Shown: piece after piece, positions 58,775 to 64,000 of the stretch
How the letters are laid out: every line of letters begins with the position of its first letter
Numbering within the stretch: position 1 is the stretch's first letter
Origin: an uncultured Anaerofilum sp.
GTDB lineage: Bacteria > Bacillota > Clostridia > Oscillospirales > Ruminococcaceae
DNA length: 64,000 nucleotides
Assembly: GCA_944385935.1 (NCBI GenBank)
Contig: CALWZC010000004.1
Coordinates: 75,426-139,425, forward strand
Direction: 5' to 3'
The notes under the pieces: model-generated
Told to the model about the DNA's origin: nothing
What the model saw: only the letters and a program-made list of their open reading frames with translations
The model's database searches: none
Program-made: the position numbers and the translations under genes

Positions 58775-61246
58775 TTAAATAAACAGGTTTACATTGGATT
58801 CTTCGGCATCCCCCAGATAGGCACCTACACCACCCAATTCTACACCATCAATCAATTCTTCCTTGCGGATACCCATAACCTCCATACTCATGGTGCAAGC
58901 AACAATTTTTACACCGGCAGCCATTGCCTTTTTGATGAGGGTTTCCAGAGAGTCCACATTTTTATCTGCCATAATTTTTTTCATCATAGCAGTGCCCATA
59001 CCACCCATATTCATCTTAGACAGCTTTAATTTGCTGCTGCCTCGGGGCATCATAGCACCAAACATAGACTCCATAAAGGTCTTTTTGATGGGCTGTTTCT
59101 GGGATTTTCTCAGGGCGTTTAATCCCCAGAAGGTAAAGAACATAGTAACAGGACGCCCTAAAGCAGCGGCACCATTGGCAATGATGAAGCTGGCAAGAAC
59201 TCGGTCAAGGTCGCCTGAAAATACCACCAAGGTTTTTCCCTCGGGGGTATCTTTTATAACAGGAGCCGCTGCACCGCCCTTTTGCAGCAGTGCTGTATAG
59301 TCGCTTCCATTGCGGCCGGTGGAAAGAAGTTGGTTTCCAGTTCGGCGGCACCATGCCCCTACATCTCGCAAAAAGCCGGGGTCAGATGCGGACACTTCTA
59401 CCACGTCCCCATCTTTCATTTCCTTCATGGTTTCAAATACCTTCATGATGGGGCCGGGGCATTGCATTCCACTGCAATTTAGACGGATAGAAGTGGCAGG
59501 AGCAGACTTAGAAGGGCAAGGGGTTACATCTCCATTATCCGAAACTGTGCCACAGTTTCCACTGGGAGAAGCGGGGGAAAGGGGCTGTGGTTTGGTGTGT
59601 AAAGACTGATAAAAACGGCTGCCACCGGGATACACTTTCACATTGGAAAATCCATTTTGCATAAGGATTCGAGCACCATTATAAGCCCGCACACCAATGG
59701 CACAAAATACAATGATTTCACGGTTTTTGTCCAACTCCTTCCAGCGGTTGCGCAACTGCCCCAAAGGAATGTGTATCGCATTGGGGATGGAAAATGCCAT
59801 TACTTCCATATCCTCTCGCACATCCAAAAGCAGGGCACCGGGATGTTGATGATGGACATCCCAATGAGCAAAGCGAACCAATCCCGTCAAAATATTTTCT
59901 GCCACAAAACCAGCCATATTTACAGGGTCTTTTGCAGAAGAATAGGGAGGTGCATAAGCAAGCTCTAATTCCTTCAACTGCACAACATCAGCCCCCAGCC
60001 GCATAGCAACAGCAAGGGTATCAATGCGCTTGTCAACACCATCTAAGCCCACAATTTGCGCTCCCAAAATGGTGGAACCATCCGTAGTAAACAGCACCTT
60101 TATGGTCATGGGTTGAGCACCGGGGTAGTAGCCTGCATGGGAATTTTGGGTAATGATAAGGGTTTCGTAATCTTTGCCTTTTTCCAAGCCTTTTTTCTGC
60201 AAAGCCTTTTCATTGGCACCAGTGGATGCAGCGGTAAGGTCAAATATTTTTGCTACAGAGGTACCCTGTGTGCCTTTGTATGTTTGATTTCTGCCAGCAA
60301 TATTGTCAGCAGCAATGCGCCCTTGTTTGTTGGCAGGCCCTGCCAAAGGAATCATAGTGGGGGATTTTAGTACAAAATCTTCCACCTCAATTACATCGCC
60401 CACGGCATAAATATCAGGCTGAGAGGTGCGCAAATATTCATCCACAACAATGCCGCCACGTTCATTAACAGCAAGCCCAGCTTCTTTCGCCAGCTCTCCA
60501 TTGGGGCGCACTCCAATGGAAAGAATCACTAGGTCTACCTTGATAATTTCACCGCTGTTTAAGTGAACATCCACACCATTGCCGTTATCTACAAAGGAGC
60601 TTACCCCATTTTTTAGATATAAGTGAACGCCGTTTTGCACCAGATGTTCATGGAGAAGCTGTGCCATCTCAAAGTCCAACGGTGCCATTACCTGTTCAAC
60701 GGCTTCAATCAAGGAAACTTCCAGTCCTGCATGACGAAGATTTTCTGCCATTTCCAAACCGATAAAACCGCCACCAATAACCGCTGCAGTTTTTACATTT
60801 TCCTGTTGTACCATTTTGCGGATACGGTCAGTGTCGGGGACAGTCCAAAGGGTTTGAATACGGGGAGAGTCAATGCCGGGAATGGGAGGGCGCACAGGAG
60901 AAGAACCGGTAGAAATAACCAAAGAATCATAGCTTTCCTCATAGGTTTCGCCAGTGGCCAACCGTTTCACAGTAATAGTTTTGCCAGTAGGATGGATGGA
61001 CAACACCTGATTTTGTACACGAACATCAATGTTAAATTTCTTTTGCATGGCTTCTGGTGTTTGCAACAGCAAAGCATCACGGGAAGAAATTACATCTCCC
61101 ACATGATAGGGCAAACCACAGTTGGCATAGGAGATATACTCTCCACGTTCCAAAAGAATGATTTCTGCTTCTGCATCCAATCGACGCAAACGGGCAGCAC
61201 AGCTTGCACCACCAGCTACACCACCAATAATAACAACTTTACTCAT
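58775..61246 (-). CDS. multidomain CoA-disulfide/persulfide reductase: FAD/NAD(P) disulfide oxidoreductase, rhodanese, TusA-like and DsrE-like domains
   Basis: The N-terminus carries VVIIGGVAGG and the redox Cys context (ANCGLPYH). A rhodanese domain follows (CAIGVRAYNG). The TusA CPxP motif is CSGMQCPGPIMKV, and a C-terminal DsrE/DsrF-like domain is present. On the minus strand GGAGG lies 9 nt upstream of ATG 61246. Confidence 0.8.
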   Translation of the reverse strand: MSKVVIIGGVAGGASCAARLRRLDAEAEIILLERGEYISYANCGLPYHVGDVISSRDALLLQTPEAMQKKFNIDVRVQNQVLSIHPTGKTITVKRLATGETYEESYDSLVISTGSSPVRPPIPGIDSPRIQTLWTVPDTDRIRKMVQQENVKTAAVIGGGFIGLEMAENLRHAGLEVSLIEAVEQVMAPLDFEMAQLLHEHLVQNGVHLYLKNGVSSFVDNGNGVDVHLNSGEIIKVDLVILSIGVRPNGELAKEAGLAVNERGGIVVDEYLRTSQPDIYAVGDVIEVEDFVLKSPTMIPLAGPANKQGRIAADNIAGRNQTYKGTQGTSVAKIFDLTAASTGANEKALQKKGLEKGKDYETLIITQNSHAGYYPGAQPMTIKVLFTTDGSTILGAQIVGLDGVDKRIDTLAVAMRLGADVVQLKELELAYAPPYSSAKDPVNMAGFVAENILTGLVRFAHWDVHHQHPGALLLDVREDMEVMAFSIPNAIHIPLGQLRNRWKELDKNREIIVFCAIGVRAYNGARILMQNGFSNVKVYPGGSRFYQSLHTKPQPLSPASPSGNCGTVSDNGDVTPCPSKSAPATSIRLNCSGMQCPGPIMKVFETMKEMKDGDVVEVSASDPGFLRDVGAWCRRTGNQLLSTGRNGSDYTALLQKGGAAAPVIKDTPEGKTLVVFSGDLDRVLASFIIANGAAALGRPVTMFFTFWGLNALRKSQKQPIKKTFMESMFGAMMPRGSSKLKLSKMNMGGMGTAMMKKIMADKNVDSLETLIKKAMAAGVKIVACTMSMEVMGIRKEELIDGVELGGVGAYLGDAEESNVNLFI

Positions 61247-61381
61247 ATACATTTACCTCCCCAATACAGGAACTGGAATTATATCTGTTTACATTGGTAT
61301 AGTATCAGTTTATGCAGCTTTTTTCTGTGACAAACTCACATAAAAGAGTTTTTTTGAAGGGTAAGTACAAAATAAATGGAA

Positions 61382-62206
61382 TTACAATAGTTTTCGGTAC
61401 TGGGTGGGAGAAATGCCGAAACAGTTTTTAAAAGCAGATGAAAAATGATAGGGGGTGCTATACCCCAAAATCTCACTTACCTGACCAATGGAATAGTCTT
61501 TATTGCCTAGGAGAGAACAGGCTCGCCTTAGTCGTACTTGTTGTAAATACTCCATAAGGGTATGACCTGTATATTGGCGAAATAGTCGAATAAAGTAATA
61601 TTTGGAAATGCCTAATTTTTCGGCTAAAAAATCCAGTGATATGGTGTAGTCGGTGGTAGTTTCTATGTATTGTACTGCCATACGAATGAGGTTTGTCTGC
61701 TGACTTGATAAAGCAGAGGTTTGTACATAATCCACCAAGCTACACAAAATTTGGGTAAGGAGAGATTCCGCAAACAAAACATCTGCAAACCCTCTGGCAG
61801 TCCGCAATTTTTCAAGCAACTGCTGAAAAAGTCCTATAATGCCTGAGGCAGGCAAAGGGAGTATTTCTGAGGGGTAAATTTGCTCACAAAGAGCATGCAA
61901 TGTTTCTCCTGTACAATGAAGCCATAATAGACTCCATCCATTTTCTGCGTTGCCATAGGAGTGGGGAACTTCTGGGGGTAGCAGAATAATTTCCCCTGCT
62001 TTTACTGGGATTTTTTCTTTTTTGTCCAGTTGAACCCATCCACTTCCTCCCACACACAGCAAAATAACCCACTCACAGATGGTGCGGGGAGCCAAAAAGT
62101 GGTGGTGCATATCTTGATAATTTCCAGCCAAAAGGATACGCATATCTCGCTCCGCAATAGAGGCAGTTTGATACATTGGTACAGAGATAGATTCAATGGT
62201 TTCCAT
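61382..62206 (-). CDS. AraC-family transcriptional regulator (cupin N-terminus plus AraC HTH)
   Basis: The C-terminus has tandem HTH motifs (ISLDFLAEKLGISKYYFIRLF…GYSTPYHFSSAFKNCFGISPTQYR). The start was placed at the ATG preceded by TAGGAGTG. Confidence 0.75.
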   Translation of the reverse strand: METIESISVPMYQTASIAERDMRILLAGNYQDMHHHFLAPRTICEWVILLCVGGSGWVQLDKKEKIPVKAGEIILLPPEVPHSYGNAENGWSLLWLHCTGETLHALCEQIYPSEILPLPASGIIGLFQQLLEKLRTARGFADVLFAESLLTQILCSLVDYVQTSALSSQQTNLIRMAVQYIETTTDYTISLDFLAEKLGISKYYFIRLFRQYTGHTLMEYLQQVRLRRACSLLGNKDYSIGQVSEILGYSTPYHFSSAFKNCFGISPTQYRKLL

Positions 62207-62386
62207 AAGAAAAAACACTCCTAAGGGATGGATAAAAGTGAAGTAAAACAAAAGAAAAACGAAAGAGCAATTTTTTGTATTTTTTAGACAATGTGGCGCA
62301 TTTTGATGAACCTTTCACCGTGCTATAATCGATGGTGATAATATTGGTAATTCCTGAAAGGATGAACCAAAAGGAGAGAAGAAGCA

Positions 62387-63626
62387 ATGATGACCCAAAC
62401 CGAACTGGAAAGGCTGCGTATGTTGGCCCAAAAACAGTTGGAGGTATATCACAGCCCTGTAAATCAGGAACGCATTCAACAATGGTTCCGCCACAATGCC
62501 TGCCAGCCGGGTCGCCCCATGGTGCATGTGGAAATGGATACTTTTGAGGAAGAAGTATTGATGTCAAAGCTGCAATGTGAAAGCCCCATTGCACGGCGAC
62601 TGGAGGCGGATTTGTACCGCAATTTTATGAATATCACAGAGTTTGATGACGACTGGGTAACACCAAACTTCTTTGGTATTCGCTGGGAAAGCTGGTTCCA
62701 TCCTCTGGGCCATGAAATTACCGCCCATTCTGCCACAGATACCAGCGGCAGAACTGTTGGACATCAGTTCGATTTTATCATTGAGGACTTGGAGGACGAC
62801 TGGGACAAGCTGGGGGAAACAAAGTTTGGTGTAAACAAAGAAAGCACCGAAAAATACTTCCAAGCTGCACAGGAAGCCTTTGGGGATATTTTGCCTGCAA
62901 AGATGATTATGCAAAGCCCGGGAGCAGTTCCCACACAGCAGGTTGTCCACCTGATGGGCATGGAAAACATGTGCTTTGCCATGTATGATTATCCCGATTT
63001 ATTTAAAGAACTGATGGACCGCATTGCAGATGGCTATTTAGCATATTTCAATTATTTGACCAAAGAGGGCTTTTTGTTGCCCACTGCTGGCTTTGAGCTG
63101 TTGAATCAGGGCAGCAAGTGCTTTACAAAGGATTTGCCTGCTGACCATGTAACAGACATGAAGCAGATGTGGGGCTTTATGGATTCTCAGGAAACTGTAA
63201 GCATTTCGCCAGAAATGTTCCACGAATTTATCTTCCCTTGCTACCAAAAAATTGGTGCACGGTATGGAAAACTTTCCTATGGTTGCTGTGAGCCTGTAAG
63301 GGCAGTGTGGGATGACATCAAAACCTTCCCCAACTTGTGCAAGGTAAGTATCTCTCCTTGGTGTGATGAGGAGTTTATGGGACAACAACTCAAGGGAAGC
63401 AAAATTATTTATCATCGTAAGCCAAGCCCCAACTATCTGGGTGTTGGAGAAACAATGGATGAAGAAAGGTCTGCGTAAACACATTCAAAAGACACTGAAA
63501 GCCGCTGAAGGCTGTACCTTGGAATTTACCCAGCGTGATGTATACACAGTAGCAAACAACCCCCAAAAGGTTCGCCGCTACATTGAAATTCTTCGACAGG
63601 AAATTGAAACTCACTGGAAGGGATAA
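62387..63626 (+). pseudogene. URO-D-like (uroporphyrinogen decarboxylase family) gene interrupted by +1 frameshift
   Basis: Frame 1 (62387..63478) ends at TAA after …GVGETMDEERSA. Frame 2 (through 63626) continues as GLRKHIQKTLKAAEGCTLEFTQRDVY…, which reads as the natural C-terminus. The junction lies in GAAGAAAGG (AAA run 63466-68). Confidence 0.55.
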
Positions 63627-63637
63627 CACCACAAGGG

Positions 63638-64000
63638 CTATTTTTTCCAGCAGTGAAAATACTCGGCAGGGGGCACACCAAACCGCTCTTTAAAGGCACG
63701 GGAAAAGTGTGCCAAACTGCTGAAACCGGTGTCCAACGCCACATGGCTTAAGGGGTAGTTTCCTTTGTGGGCAGACATCAATTCCACCGCTTTGCTAAGC
63801 CTAAAATACACAAGATAGGAAGCAAAAGAAATATTTAGATATTGCTTAAACAGTTTGGAAAGCTGACGACAGGAAATTCCACATTCCAATGAAATATTTT
63901 CAAGAGAGATTGTTTCGCTGTAGTGGTTTTGTATGTAGGTCAAGACCAACAAAAGGTGACGATTTTGGAAAAAGGTAAAGCGGGAACAATCGTGGTAAAC
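63638..64000 (-). CDS. AraC-family transcriptional regulator, 5'-partial (extends beyond window end)
   Basis: The AraC HTH C-terminus is SLENISLECGISCRQLSKLFKQ…GFSSLAHFSRAFKERFGVPP. The N-terminal domain must lie past 64000. Confidence 0.6.
   Translation of the reverse strand, partial: VYHDCSRFTFFQNRHLLLVLTYIQNHYSETISLENISLECGISCRQLSKLFKQYLNISFASYLVYFRLSKAVELMSAHKGNYPLSHVALDTGFSSLAHFSRAFKERFGVPPAEYFHCWKK

Noticed and set aside
1-64000. CRISPR arrays, IS/transposase genes, integrases, tRNA or rRNA genes
   Set aside because: No repeat-spacer periodicity, no transposase or integrase-like ORFs and no tRNA-like cloverleaf candidates were found. The window looks like core chromosome.

Overview
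This is a densely coded, ~90% plus-strand window that looks like a Firmicutes/Clostridia chromosome (gut-anaerobe-like), with AGGAGG-type RBSs and many intrinsic terminators. Most of it is conserved housekeeping synteny. That includes miaB - ymcA/ylbF-family - mutS - mutL - miaA, a division block (sepF - ylmH - divIVA - lspA - rluD), a split transketolase and guaA. It also includes a 10-gene V/A-type ATPase operon, rplS - rbgA - rnhB - yraN, thrC, tig - clpP - clpX, an MCP, a TIGR03960 radical-SAM/DUF2344 pair and a multidomain CoA-disulfide/persulfide reductase. Four things are not explained by standard annotation. (1) Directly downstream of the P-type Mg2+ ATPase mgtA sits a chimeric ORF: a truncated OmpR-type winged helix fused to a diverged copy of the last two MgtA transmembrane helices. 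The duplicated segment even carries the mgtA stop and downstream RBS, and it is followed by a 51-aa membrane peptide. mgtA itself has no room for an M-box but has a perfect 9-bp inverted repeat in its promoter. (2) A divergent Spo0A-family response regulator is translationally coupled to a histidine-kinase-like protein. In that protein the H-box histidine codon reads TAT (Tyr) while the ATPase motifs are intact. A 91-aa ORF sits just upstream. (3) The V-ATPase operon carries a stand-alone paralogue of the cytoplasmic N-terminal domain of subunit I immediately upstream of full-length subunit I, and the gene order is atypical. (4) A URO-D-like gene between two AraC regulators is broken by a +1 frameshift in an AAA run. 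No rRNA, tRNA, CRISPR or IS elements were recognised.
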